From the human T2T-CHM13v2.0 reference genome, Homo sapiens, in the NCBI RefSeq assembly GCF_009914755.1, contig NC_060937.1: DNA of 64,000 nucleotides, one strand, 5' to 3'. The position numbers and the translations under genes are program-made. Below the pieces are notes generated by a model that was not told the origin of the DNA, made no database searches, and was given only the letters and a program-made list of their open reading frames with translations. Position 1 is the stretch's first letter. Each line of letters starts with the position of its first letter. Of this stretch, positions 14,401 to 27,437 are shown in pieces.

Positions 14401-14420
14401 CCTGTCACCCCCTGGTGGTT
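14401..14420 (-). promoter_or_regulatory. Candidate CTCF binding motif
   Basis: Minus strand reads AACCACCAGGGGGTGACAGG, matching the CTCF core CCACCAGGGGG. Motif match only. Confidence 0.4.
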
Positions 14421-14937
14421 TAGAATCTGAACTTTAATGTACAAAGCAGAGGAGACAACAGACGGGTTTTGTTAAAATCAGAGTCTCCAGATTTAAGTTC
14501 AGATCCATGAAGGGGATCTGAAAAAGGCGCTCTAATTGCTTGAACTAAAATAAATCTTGTTCCATAGAGAGAGTCATGCTTTAGCTCTTGTTGATCCTCT
14601 CCTGGTTCTAAATAAACCACACACTTATGTAGGTGAATTGAATCTATAAATATAGTCCCAAACCCCAACTCTACAGTTTGGTTAAAAGAGAACCCAGGTT
14701 GAAGTGCACCTAAGTATCAGGCAAAGGCAAATAAAAAGGTTCTGGAATAATGCATCTTAAAGTTAGGTTGAAAAGAATCCCCATAGAAAATATTTCAGAA
14801 ATACACTATTCCAGAATAACAAAACACAAGAAAAAAAATCTATTGCAGCTGATAGCTCTCTAAAATGTATGGATATAGAAAATTCTAAAATAAAATTATT
14901 TTAAATGTTATACTAAGCAAATCAAAATCTGAACTGG

Positions 14938-15325
14938 TGTAGTAGGCCAAAGTGTGTTCCCACCCTCTACCTGCAAATTTGTAGGTGGAAGCCCTAAGCC
15001 TCCATATGACTATATTAGAGCTATGGTTCTTAAGAAGGTGATTAAGGTTAAATGTCACAAAACGTGGATCCCTTTTAAGAAGACGAAGAGTAACTAAGGC
15101 TATCTATCCACCATGTGAGGACCCAGAGAGAAGGCAGCCAACTACAAGCCAGCAATTCAGCTCTAACTAAAAAACCCAGCCATGCTAGTCAACTGACCCG
15201 ACTTCACATCTAGACTTAGGTCAGACTGATCCAAAAACTGATCTTCCAGTCTCTAGAACTGTAAGAAAATTCATCTCTCTTAGTCTATAGGTGTTTTGTT
15301 ATGGCATTACAAGCTGATTAATACA
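14938..15325 (+). mobile_element. MLT1A-type MaLR solo LTR
   Basis: TG...CA termini ('tgtagtagg' ... 'gctgattaataca'). Contains 'ccaccatgtgaggac', 'ttccagtctctagaactgtaagaaaa' and 'ttttgttatggca'. Confidence 0.85.
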
Positions 15326-15332
15326 GATGGCA

Positions 15333-15900
15333 TATCAGTTTAGGTCAAATCATGAGAAAAAAATTACATAGTAATTTGAAAAAGAGAAGCTTAGTATCAA
15401 AATTATTAAGTATAATGGAACATTGGGTTAATGAGTGATTAGAACATAAGAAGAACGCTAAAGAATATAGAATCAAAGATAAATGGAACATCCACTACCA
15501 GTAGGATTGAGATAAAACATTCAAGGAAGAGTCTCTGTAACCCATGGCTGAGGTTCAGATACTGCTGAAGAAGGCATGGCCATAGCTGACTGGATGGTAG
15601 AGAAGTAAATCACTGTGTTGCTACACTATGAAATGTGCTGAAAATCCACTCTCTAGGGTACCAGGGAAGGACCACGGGGTCTTTGCTACAGAAGATAATA
15701 AGATAGATGCTGGAGGAAGACATGGGCTACTCAGTACTGCTGACCACTGTGAAGGATGAGGGGACTAGAGAGGCCAGGTGCAATACATGAGCCAGGGTTG
15801 GGAAGAAATCAACACATTCTGTGGAAGCCTGCCAAGTGAGTAAACCGTTTATTCCTACAATGTCTCGTTAGGATACTCCACCTACCAAGATTAACATAGT
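15333..15900 (-). mobile_element. ERVL-class LTR fragment, family uncertain
   Basis: Begins 'tatcagtttaggtcaaatcatgagaaaaaaattacatagtaatttgaa', resembling the antisense 3' end of old ERVL LTRs. Confidence 0.45.
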
Positions 15901-15999
15901 GCCAACAGAAAAGAAATATATGAGGGCCATATATTTATTTTCACAAAGCAGCAATACAGATACATTTGAAGCAGAGAGGCAATGCATCCATGACTAAAA

Positions 16000-16700
16000 T
16001 TCATGGTATAACAGCTATATTGATGTATGAAATCTTAAATAATAAAATTTTTAGCAGAGGTAAACAGTAATGCATAGGAATAGAAATTTCAACTCACTTG
16101 AACAGTGTTAACAATTCCAAGTAAATTAACTTTTAATGTACCAAATAAATTAACTTGAAAATATTTGAGGAAAAAGTTAATATAACTCCAAAGAGAAATG
16201 AATAGCTCCATAATTGTTGTGGAATAGCTCCATAATTGTGGAATATTTTAACATATTTCTCTTTTTAGTAAAAAGTGAAGAGATGTAATAGTAGTTTGAC
16301 TGTAAAGGGTTTGAAAGATGACATTAAAGAATACTAAGAGACATACAGAGAACTTTGTATTCCATGCTTGTAGAATATATTTTTATTATTCACAAGGAGT
16401 ACATGTACAAAATAATTGACTACATACGAGCTAATAGCACAAGTTACAAACTTAGAAATATTGGAGATTACAGAACTTATCCAACCAAAAAAAGTCATTT
16501 AGAAAGCAGAAATAAATGAATAACAACAAAGAGAAATTCCATCTATTTGAAAAATAGAATATGTTATCCTCAAGAACGTATGAGTCAAAGAAGAAACGGT
16601 AATCAAAATTAAAATATGCTTAGAATTGAATAATTAAAACAGTAAATATCAAATTATGCATAACACCATTAAAGCAGTACTATAGAGGGAAAATACCAGG
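16000..16700 (+). mobile_element. Old L1M ORF2 endonuclease-region fragment
   Basis: 'cataattgtggaatattttaacatatttctc', 'aaataattgactacatacgagc' and 'tgcataacaccattaaagcagtactatagagggaaa' resemble L1 ORF2. Confidence 0.7.
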
Positions 16701-16719
16701 TATCCAAGTTCCAAGGTTC

Positions 16720-17135
16720 CTTGAAATCAAAAAACAAAAGGCAGGTGAACTATTTTCTCTGCCAATTGTATATAGAGAATATTAACAGAAAATGTTAGAA
16801 AACATGTAGGATCATTCCAAATATTGATGACAACATCTGCAGCATGATATGCAATTGCCATGCATGCCAGGTGAGTTGGTGCTGTGTCCATGTGGGGTCC
16901 AATATCACTGCTGAGTCTACAGCAGCTGGTACACAGGGTGAGCAAAAAGTCTTCTTCTCTGAAACACTTGCACAACCTCATTTGGGCCTTGATCTGACTG
17001 GGATCTTTAAAGCCAGTTCTCTAGTCTTGCAAAAGGATTCTGTAAGCACAAAGATTTCCTTTCCACAATGTTCACTTCTGTTCTAATCATCCAGAGTCAG
17101 CTTCTGTTGCCTGAAACTTTTAATACCGACTGATA
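16720..17135 (+). mobile_element. MaLR/ERVL LTR remnant
   Basis: Ends 'ccagagtcagcttctgttgcctgaaac...ccgactgatat', a typical LTR 3' terminus. Confidence 0.5.
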
Positions 17136-17499
17136 TCCTTTAGTTCTTAAATTTCTTTAGTTCTTAAATTAGGTTAAATTCTTTAGTTCTTAAATTAGGT
17201 TTTCTACTACCTTTCATATACACCAAATCTTCTTCTAGTCTTATTTTCCTTTGGAACAATTATTAGAGTTGATATGTACTAGTAATTATAAACTTATTTC
17301 TTTAAAATGTGTCTCCCTGTGAAGTATACTAAGTAATGTCCTTTTTTTTCTCATCACAGTATACCCATTGACTGTCCTCTGTTTAGTTAACTATTTACTT
17401 AGTTAAGCAATCCATTATGTGCTGAATGGTCTGCAAAGTTGATGATTCTATAACTTCATATTTATTGAGATCCAATTTACTGAAATTATTGTTTCTTGA

Positions 17500-17700
17500 A
17501 AGGAATATAGGACCTGAACTCAGTTATAGGCTTAAATTTAAACTCTGCCACTAAATAAATGACCGATATTCAGAAATTTATTTATCTCATTTTTAAACCT
17601 GTTTCCTTACTTAGAAAATGAACATAATTGCCTCTGAGATGTTTTTCTTGGGAAGTTACTCTGCCCAGTATTTAATTACTTATCAACAGTTTATTTTTCC
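17500..17700 (+). mobile_element. MIR
   Basis: MIR core-like 'aactctgccactaaataaatgacc...aacctgtttccttacttagaaaatgaacataat'. Confidence 0.6.
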
Positions 17701-18539
17701 TTCATAACATCCTTCTTGATGTTCATTGATCATTCAACAAACTTCAGTAGATTAATGTGTGAGTCCAATTCTGTATTTCTTGCTGACATATTTTTCTTTT
17801 TATGTGCTTTAACTCTATAGATTTTATTGATCATGTAACTCTTAAGTAAAGATCAAAGTTCTCTTCCTGAGTCAACTAAATGGTCTTGTGAGAGATGGGA
17901 CCTATATTTATAACCCGACGTACACTAGCAAAGCAACTATTCTTAATGTTACCTTAATCAGAAATTCTACTGTTTTTCTTTAAATTTATTCAAATAACTA
18001 ATTTTATTTGGTATGCTTTATTGATCTGATCCAAAATATTTTGCCTGTTAACATAAAAACTATATGTAATTTTTTAACTATGAAGTCTTCCTTAAAAAAT
18101 TTAATGATTTGTTGCTTATATATAATTAAAATATTAATTGTTATATGAATTTTAATTATTTCTATTAGTTTTCAAGACCTGGAAACAAAAAGAATAACAT
18201 TAAAGGTAGAAAACATATATTCTAGGACTTTTCTCTCTTTGTATAAGTTAGGAGCTCAGAGTTCCTGGCTCAAATATCTTCTTTCAGACACCCAAGGGGA
18301 TAAAAATCATACATCCTCTTATATCTTTTTAATATCTATAATTCTTTCTTTGATATTCCCTGCCAAGGAAACACTGGGCACACTATGTCATGATTGTATT
18401 GCTTCTGGTGCTAAGGTGAGCTCTATCAGCATCTTCCAAAAAGCCCACGTTATCTGAAGTAGTGTAGTAAATGCCTTCCTATACTAGTTTTACTCCTTAT
18501 TTGCCTTTTCAAAATTGCCCCCAAATTAATTATTATCAC

Positions 18540-19460
18540 AAATAAAATTAGTAAAACCACAACATTCACAATATCAACAAAACAATAGAATACTTAGAAT
18601 AAAATCAAAAGAAGTTCAATTTTAAAATGGGCAAAATATTTGCATAGACATTCTATGCAAATCATAAAGTTCATATATGAATAGGAAATAGACACATGAA
18701 ATGAGGTGTCACCGTAGAAAAGGGGTTCCAAACCTCAATGAGCTATCACTGTACACCCACTGGACTGGCTATTAAAAAGGACAGACACTACAAAATATTG
18801 GAAAGGATGGAGGGAAATTGAACCAATTATTCATTGCTGGCAAAAATGTAATATATTAATTTTACCTTGGAAAATAGTTTGGCAGTTTCTTAAGTTGGTA
18901 AATATAAACTTGCTATATGACCCAGCAATTCCTCTCCTAGGAATTTAAGAAAAACATAAACATACACCCCCACAAAGACATATGCACAGATTTTTACAGC
19001 AGCATTCTTTATAATTTTAAAACTGGAAATAACTGATATGTCAGTTAATTGATGATTGAATTTAAAAACAGTATATCCATCCAATGGAATATTATTGAGC
19101 AATAACAGAAAATAAACTTCTGTTACATGCAGTAACATGGATGGATCTAAAAAACTATGCTGAGCGAAAGTATCCTAATGCAAAAGATCACATATTATAT
19201 CATTACATTTTTATGAAATGTGCAGAAAAGGCAAATCTATACAGACAAGTACAGTAGTGGTTTTCTGGGTTGTGGGTGCAAGCAAGATTAACTGCAAAAG
19301 GTCACAAGATAATATTTAGTGTGATGGAAATATGATAAAATTAGATTGTATTGGTGGTTGTACAACTCTATAAATTTACTTAAAATTTACTCGTTAAATT
19401 TTACACTTACAAGAGATGAATTTTATTTATGAAGAAATACCTCAATAAGGCTATTATAAG
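18540..19460 (+). mobile_element. L1MB/L1MC/L1ME 3' end
   Basis: 'aaaatgggcaaaatatttgcatagaca', 'tatgacccagcaattcctctcctagg', 'gaaaaggcaaatctatacagaca' and 'acctcaataagg'. Confidence 0.85.
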
Positions 19461-19719
19461 ATACAAATATGCACAGTATCATGGTATTTATACTTCTATA
19501 TATTAGAGCAACTCATATAAATATTCCTTTTGTTTATAGTCCCTGGCTCCATAAAAATTCAGACACCAATTTTGAGATTGGGAGGTAAGATATGGTCAGG
19601 TATATTTGGGCAAAATAGGAAACCAATACCAAATCTTACCTTTCTGTATTTTTCCTTCCCCCCGAGAATTCTGAGCAAACACTTTGGTGAAAATCGACAT
19701 AATATCTATGGGAGAACAC

Positions 19720-19875
19720 TAAATAGATGGAGGCCTAGTTGAAACAATATTGACCATGAGTTGATAATTGTTGAAGCTGGGGAAATTTTATGGTGATTCA
19801 TCATACTATTGCCTTTACTTTTGTATGTTTTTGAAATTTCTCATACATCGTGTTTAAATATATAATAAAATAAAA
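19720..19875 (+). mobile_element. L1MC/L1MD 3' terminal fragment
   Basis: 'ccatgagttgataattgttgaagctgg...ttcatcatactattgcctttacttttgtatg'. Confidence 0.7.
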
Positions 19876-22800
19876 CGATAAAAGAATTATTTATTATACA
19901 TGCTCAAACCTGATTGATTTTACACTTTAGGTTCAAGTTAGGCCCCCTACTGTATACTTGTACTGATTCAATGTCTCAAAATAACATTATTTTACAAGGC
20001 AATAAGGCAATTATCACAAGAGTTATCTATTTTATTTATTAACCATTCTATCATTCTATGTCAAATATGACAAAATACTCTTTACTAACATTAAAGATAA
20101 AAATGGAAGTACAGCAGAAACTTCCCTTCATTGACTTCTGAAAGTAATGCTGCCAAGATTCAAAGAATTAGTTAAAAACACATTCCCTCTTTAGCTTCAT
20201 AAAGACTTTCAAGGTATTTGTGTTTTTATGGTTAAACATGATATGTTAGACTATGTTGGACTGTCAATGCTCAGGAACATACCAGAGAAGTGTTTGCTTT
20301 GCTGTTATTGCTTACCCTGTTCTATCACACATTCTCCTTTTTATTCCATAACATCACAGCATGACTGGAAAAAAAGAATCACATAGTGATCTCTGAAGAT
20401 TTCCTCCCTAAATGCTATAGGGTAGATCAAAAGACATCCTTGAGAACTGTATTTCCTTTCCTGGATGAAAGAAGTAGTAGAAAAGAAACAAATCCCTATT
20501 TGGGGAAGAGGAACATTGCTTTGGGGTACAAAAGTGATTGATGATTCCTCATCAACCCTGAGAGGCAGTTGTATGTTTGAGCTCAATAAGATCTGACAGG
20601 AATTGATGCTTCTGACTCAAGCCTAGTTATCAGAACTAACTGATGCTGAGGGATTTGCTTTTTGCCATGACAGTTCTGCTTCAGCATTCACAGATCCACT
20701 AGAGCTGCAGGCAAATGTTTTACTCTATCTCCAGGGATAGCCTAATAGTTTACAGGAAACTTATCTTCCATTAGCCAAATATTCTACTGCTGTAAACCTA
20801 GGCTCTGACTTTCCTGAGGATCATGTGTCGTGCAAATGTTGTCAGGGTGTAAAGAGTCACAGGTTTGCCAGATCTCAAATGTATACCATGTTATGTCTTT
20901 GAGGTGACAGAAAACGGAAAGAGTATTAAATTTAAGGACCCGGAAGTTTTTTCACCAAGTGTAACCGTGGATAGTCAGATCACTTTAGCTATTTCATTCA
21001 CATGACACATTAAGAGCAACTCTTCCCATTCGCCAGCAACTGCCTTGCATAGATGTGTCAACATAGCTTGAAGCTAGATGTTATCTCCTCTTCACTTCGG
21101 GACACAGCAAAGATGTCTTAGAATGTTAGGATTCCCATAATGGGGTGGGATTAAAAGCTTTGGATGAGAAGTAAGCTGGACTTCTATATATTCTTTACAG
21201 CAGTTTTAAAGCTAGAGCATTTCAGCTCCTGGGATGAACTAGAAAACATTAATTATGCCCTAAATATTGTTGACATACTCTAGTTACTAGAAAATTCTGT
21301 TTAAAAAAAAGTGAGGCAAAATTGCTCTAGATGTTCAAGACATCATTTAAAAAACTAAGTGAAAATCATTATGAATATCTGATTTATAGTATATAGTAGC
21401 CTAATTATTCAAAGAAATAAAAATATGTATACAATGAATAAATTGACTTGAGTTTGATTTCTGTATTCTTCATTATGAAATCTGCAGCTCAGAACAATGT
21501 GCTCTCAGTTACTTGACAATTTCTTCTTCTGTGTGTATCAGTGCAACAGCTCATCCCTTACTCTGCTAAGGTTTTCATAAGGATCTCATCTTTTTTTCTC
21601 TAATCCTATAAATAATTTTCACTTAGTTTGTAATATTTATAGCATTACACTAAAATAAACTGATTATATTTCAATTTATTCTACAAGATGGTATGTTTCA
21701 GTCATAGTAATTAATAATTATTTGCAGAAATGGCTTTTATGTCCACTGGAATAATCATAGAGAATTTGGCATTGCCTGAATTCTATCTATGGCCCAAAAC
21801 TGGACTTGGAGCAATACTTACTTTTCATTGACCTGTATAAAATAATTCATGTTTTCTAAATTCTAAAATATTTTTGGTCTTCTTTAAATCTTTTTCAGTT
21901 TTTTTTTCTTTAGTATTGGGAAACATATTTTAATGTACTCACCATGGGTCTCTGGGGTTCAAATCGCTTTTGCATCTTCTAAGATCCTGGGCAAAACAAA
22001 TTTCAAGCTTCTTTTGTTCATAGAATTTTTTGATCATTTGGATGTTTTATCTTTTGGGTCTTTGGAAGTCCCTGTATTCTTTACCTATTGGATTGTTCCT
22101 ATCATGAAAAATCTCTTATTCTTATCATTTTCCAAAAATTACACTAAATATATTGTGTTCATATAATGATTTATACTGCAGAATCAATTTATTAAATATT
22201 GACTTATTTAAACATCTCTGAAATACTATAATGATGAAACAGAAGTATATAAATGACCTGCTTGATGTCATATAATAAGTAATAGATTCTGGATTCAAGC
22301 CTTGGCCCTTTGTTCCTAAACCATTTTTACTCCAAGAATAAATCTTTGTCCCTTGATCCACAGTTACTTCAAGAAATAAATCTTTGTATGCTTTTGGTAT
22401 CAGTGTTTTAATGGCCTCATAAAATGAGCCAGAATCTGCTTCCTCCTCTCATTTCTGAGAGAATTGGATAAGATTCCACTTATCTTTTTATTGAATGTCT
22501 GTTACAACATGCCTTAAAACTCTCTAAGCTCAGTGTTTCTTTGAGGACAGACTTTCAATGAAGACCATTTATTTAATGATATAGGTTCATTTAGTTTTTC
22601 TCTTCTTTGTGAGTCAGTTGTGCCAATTTATGTATTTTTAACACGATTATCCTTTACGCTTATTTTCTAAATGTATCAGGCATAATTTTTTTCATAATAC
22701 TTTTAAATTTTCTAATATTTGTTGAAACTTTTATGTCTCCCTCCTTTTATCATAATGTTCCAGCTCCAGAGCTGGCTTATCTCTCTACCTTCTAATTATC

Positions 22801-23819
22801 TCTGATCACCGAAAATAAGTATTTACTTTTCAGAAATACTAATGATTAATTTAAAACCAAATGTTTGGTGATTTTTAATATGCATTTTAGCCATAATGTT
22901 ACATATACTAAGAAGACATTTAAACACCTGATCCACAATTATACTATAAAGAAACTTATACTATTTCCTTTGGAATATTATGTGCTTCAGGGCATTTCTG
23001 AATTCATAACTTGTTGTATTGGCTACATTAAATTTCTGATGGTCAGCTGTTTACCTGATATTCTATTATTGTGCTTTACATATCATTTAAGTGTCAAATT
23101 ACTTTTCTCTAGCGGAAAATCATAATTTGTAGATGTTATAACTTTATTTAAAAGTTCAAAATTATTGGGATTTTTTTGTAGAAATTTGCCACAGAAGAAA
23201 TAGAGCTGCAACATGAAATTCAGAATCTTTGAAATCATTTACACATATTGTTCCATAAAGCCAAGTGGAAAACTAAGCTGATTGCAGCCTGAATGAGCTG
23301 AATAAACTACTTTTACTTCTTGTCATATTCAAACTTGGTAGCCTTTTGTGTAAACTGGTTCACAACACATAAATGTTGCATATGTCCATTCCAGATTAAA
23401 AAAAAAAATTAACAAATCTCAAGAGTAGCAACTTGTCCTTCAATTTGAAGATGATATTTTACCATAAACAGAAATTTAAATGAGGTGGCTCTAGTTTATG
23501 CATTGGTTTCTTATCACATTGTTTGGAATGGGTGTATCTCACCAGGACTACCTACTTTTTCTCACACACGATTTTATAAACATTTTGCATCCATGAAGAG
23601 GAAGTGTCATAGCCTTTAGAGAGAGAAAAATCAGTTTCTGTGGAATAAGATTTGATGGCACAGGATAATCCCTAGATATGATGGAAAAAGCATAATGTTG
23701 TCCTCACCATGTAAAAGTAATTTTTTAATATTATATCAACTTTAATCAAATTAAGAAAATATTATTTTGCCAATCCAATAGCTACATGATATTTTCTATG
23801 TGTATTTTTTCTAGAAAAG

Positions 23820-24365
23820 AAATAAAAATTCTGATAAGTAAGGAAGGAAGTTGCATCCAGTGAAGCAGAAAACAAACAAAAAGACTCTGATGCTCTGAAA
23901 GCTGATTGAAAGAAGAGTTACAAAGAGGATGGAAATATCAATTTCAGTAATTGCTATGAATAGGTCAAGTAATAAAGGATTGACAATTGATAATTAGGTT
24001 TAGAAATACTTAGATCCTTGGTAACCTTGATAAAAACAGTTAAATAAACTGATGGGGGTATCTGAGTAGAGTAGGAAATACATTCTTTAAATACATTGAA
24101 TACATTGGATATAATCATAGCAGACTAATATTTTAAAGAGTTTTGCTTAAAGAAAAAGAAAAAGTATGAAAAGGAGTGGGAAATGATAGAGGTAGTGGGG
24201 AGGAAAGATGTATTATTGTTAATGTGCATGTTTACATGCTGATGGCAAAATCCAATGTAGGAGGAAACTTGATAGTGGTGGACAGAATGAGATTTTTTGT
24301 AGTGAAGTTTTTTGTATAAGCAAGAGAAGAAGTAATAGTAATTAGAATAAAAACAGGTGTTAGAT
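23820..24365 (-). mobile_element. L2 remnant (host of the L1 insertion)
   Basis: 'aggtcaagtaataaaggattgacaattgataattaggtttagaaatacttagatccttggtaaccttga' resembles antisense L2. Confidence 0.6.
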
Positions 24366-24379
24366 AAGAAAATCTATGG

Positions 24380-26181
24380 GACTCAATTTGGTCTGTTCAA
24401 CATTTGAATTTCTTCCTATTTCAATCTTTGTAGTTTGTTTCTAACTGGAATTCCACTAATTCCATAGGAATTTCTCTAACTAGAGGGGGTGTACAAATTC
24501 CTTTAATTTTAGAGTTATTTGTTGACTGGAATTACAATTAGTACACTTCCTCCAGATTTTCTGGTTTGTGTACACAGAACTGTTCTCAATAACTAAGGAT
24601 CTTTTGTATTTCTGCAGGGTTAAATTTAATGTCAAATTCTGTCACTTCTGATTATGCTTATTTGTATCTTCTCTCTTTTTTCTTTGTTGATCTAGCTAGC
24701 AGTCTATTAATCTTGTTTATTTTTTCAAAAAAAAAATCCTGCCTTCATTAATCTTTGTATGGATTTTTGATTCTCACAAATTGTATCAGTCATAAAAACT
24801 ACCAACCTAAAAAGCCCTGGAGCAGATGGATTCACAGCCAAACTCTGCCAGACATACAGAGAACAGTTAGTACCAATTCTGCTGACACTATTCCAGAAAT
24901 TTTTTGGAAAAACTCCTCTTTAACTCACTCTATGAAACCAGTGTCACTCTGATACCCAAACCAGGCAAAGACACAATTAAAAAAAAAAAAAAAAAAAAAC
25001 TATAGGCCAATAACCCTGAAACATAGATGCAAAAATCCTCAACAAAATACTAACAAACCAAATGCAGCAGCACATCAAAATGTTAATTCATCATAATGAA
25101 GTCAGCTTTATTACTGGGATGCAAGGTTGGTTCGATATACACAAATAAATGTGATTCACAACATAAAGAGAATGGAAAACAAAAACCAGCTAAAAGGGCT
25201 TTTGCATAGCAAAAGAAAAATATCAACAGAGTAAGCAGACAACCCCAAGAAAGGGAGAAATATTTGCAAACTATTCATCTAACAAAGGTCTAATATCCAG
25301 CATCTAAAAAGAAACTAAATCAACAGGCAAAAAAAAAAAAAAAAAAAAAAAGAAATAAAATAAAAAGTTAAAAAGTGGGCAAAGAAAATGAGCAGACATT
25401 TCTCAAAATAATACATACAAGTGGCCAATAAACATATGAGAAAATACTCATCATTAGAGAAATGCTAATCAAAACACAATGAGCTACCAACTCATGCCAG
25501 TCAGAATGGCTATTATTAAAAAGACAAAAAAAACAAAAACAAAAACAGATGCTGGCAAGGCTGTGGAGAACACTGTTAGTGAGAATGTAAATTAGTTTAA
25601 TCACTCTGGAAAGCAGTTTGCAGATTTCTCGATGAACTTAAAACAGAACCATTCAACCCAGCAATCCCATTACTAGGTATGTATCCACAGGAAAATAAAT
25701 TGTTCTGCAAAAAAGACACATGCACTCATGTGTTCATTGCAGCACTATTCATGATAGTGAAGACAACATATCAACCTAGATACCCATAAAGGGCAGATTG
25801 GATAAAGAAAACATAGCACATATACACTGTGGAATACTACGTAGCCATAACAAATGAAATTATGTCCTCTGCAGCAACAAGGATGCAGCTGGAGGCCATC
25901 ATCCTAAGCAAATTACCAAAAGAACAGAAAACCAAATACTACATGTTCTTACTTATAAGTGGGAGCTAAACATTGGGTGCATTTGGATATAAAGATGGGA
26001 ATAGTAGACATTGGGGACTACTAGAGGGGAAAAGGGCTGAAAAACTACCTACTGTGTACTACGCTCACTACTTGAGTGATGGGATTTTTCATGCCTCAAA
26101 CATCAGCATCTTGCAGCATACCCATATAAAAAACCTGCATCTGTGTTCCCTGAAAGTGAAATAAAATTTGAAATTATAGAA
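24380..26181 (+). mobile_element. L1PA15/16-like LINE-1, 5'-truncated, with 5' inversion (24380-~24776 antisense) and an internal deletion
   Basis: TSD aagaaaatctatgg (24366-24379) / aagaaaaactatgg (26182-26195). Antisense ORF2 piece, then sense ORF2 from 'aaattgtatcagt...gatggattcacagcc'. 3' UTR 'ggctgaaaaactacctactgtgtactacgctcactac'. Confidence 0.92.
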
Positions 26182-27090
26182 AAGAAAAACTATGGTATTA
26201 TAGAGAAACCAAAATAAGTTTGGCAAATGTGTTTTTGTGAGTTAGTGAAAGTTCTTATGGAGAGTAATTGGTGAAACAAAGTTGAGGTTTGGTGAGGTAG
26301 GAGAAAAAATAGATATTAGATGAGACAGAAAAAGTGAATATTTTCTAATCAGACATACAAATGTCAGGAATCTTTTCTAGTTTCAAATTTTCTTAATAAT
26401 AAAGGTAGCTATGAGTCACAGGTAACTATGTGTCATAGGCAAAGCACAGAGAAGTCTGAGACTCCTGATGCATATTCATAGTTTCCTTTCCTTACATTAG
26501 CATGTGCCCTGTTTCAGATTTAACATGTGAGGTCATTAAGTAATACATGTCATACATCACTTACACAAAAAAGCTAGTTTGCTTATAAAATATCTCCGTA
26601 TTAAACTCTTATACATAGCTGACACTAATATTTCCCATAGGCCATGTTCCATAAATTTATAAATTATAAGTTTATTTTTATATATCCCATAAAAAATTTG
26701 ATGAGAATGTTTACAAGGAGTTTTGATTATATCTTTTTTCTCTTTTTTGTCTCATTTCACTGACATCACCAAGTTAGGAAGGATGGATTATACGCCGTCT
26801 GCTAACATCCTGCTAATAAAATCTGTCAAATATTGTTTTAAAGTAGAAAAAATAATCCATTCCTCTGTCTTGCAAAATGCCTATTATTTTGTCATTTAGC
26901 AGTAAAAATGGAAATGTCTCATTACAAATCAGTATTTGTTTATTAAAAACTGCTAGGGGATGATTTTGAATGGACTTCTCTACAAATATACAGGAAAATA
27001 ATAAATACTAGTCATTTTCTGTCAACTGTATCTCATATTTGTTTTCTGTACATATTGTTATAAATATGGATGAATTATTTTTTAGATATT

Positions 27091-27437
27091 TGTCAAGAAC
27101 AGTGAAGAGTCTGAGACTGCACCATTCTTACAGGCTGACAAGTTATCCTGCCTCAGTTACTTGAATGCTGGCAGACAACAAAGAGATGCTTGGGAGAGGA
27201 ACAAAGGATAGCTTCATACTCACTGCAATAGCAGTGACCGGAGTCAGAAATCCCAACTTTAAGAAAGCCAAATATTTGTGTGGAAAGAAACATGTCTGCC
27301 CTTTATTTATAAAGGAAAAACTCTCATTTTCAAGAATATTTGCTCTACTAACATCCTTGGAAAGACAGTTCAGAACAAAGACTGTTCACAAGACAAGCAG
27401 AACAGAGAGAGACCCATTGGTTAATTTTTCTCCCAAG
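27091..27437 (-). mobile_element. ERV1-class solo LTR (MER89/MER90-like), partly deleted
   Basis: Starts 'tgtcaagaacagtgaagagtctgagact...acaagttatcctgcctcagttacttgaatgctggcaga', as recalled for this LTR group. Confidence 0.6.
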
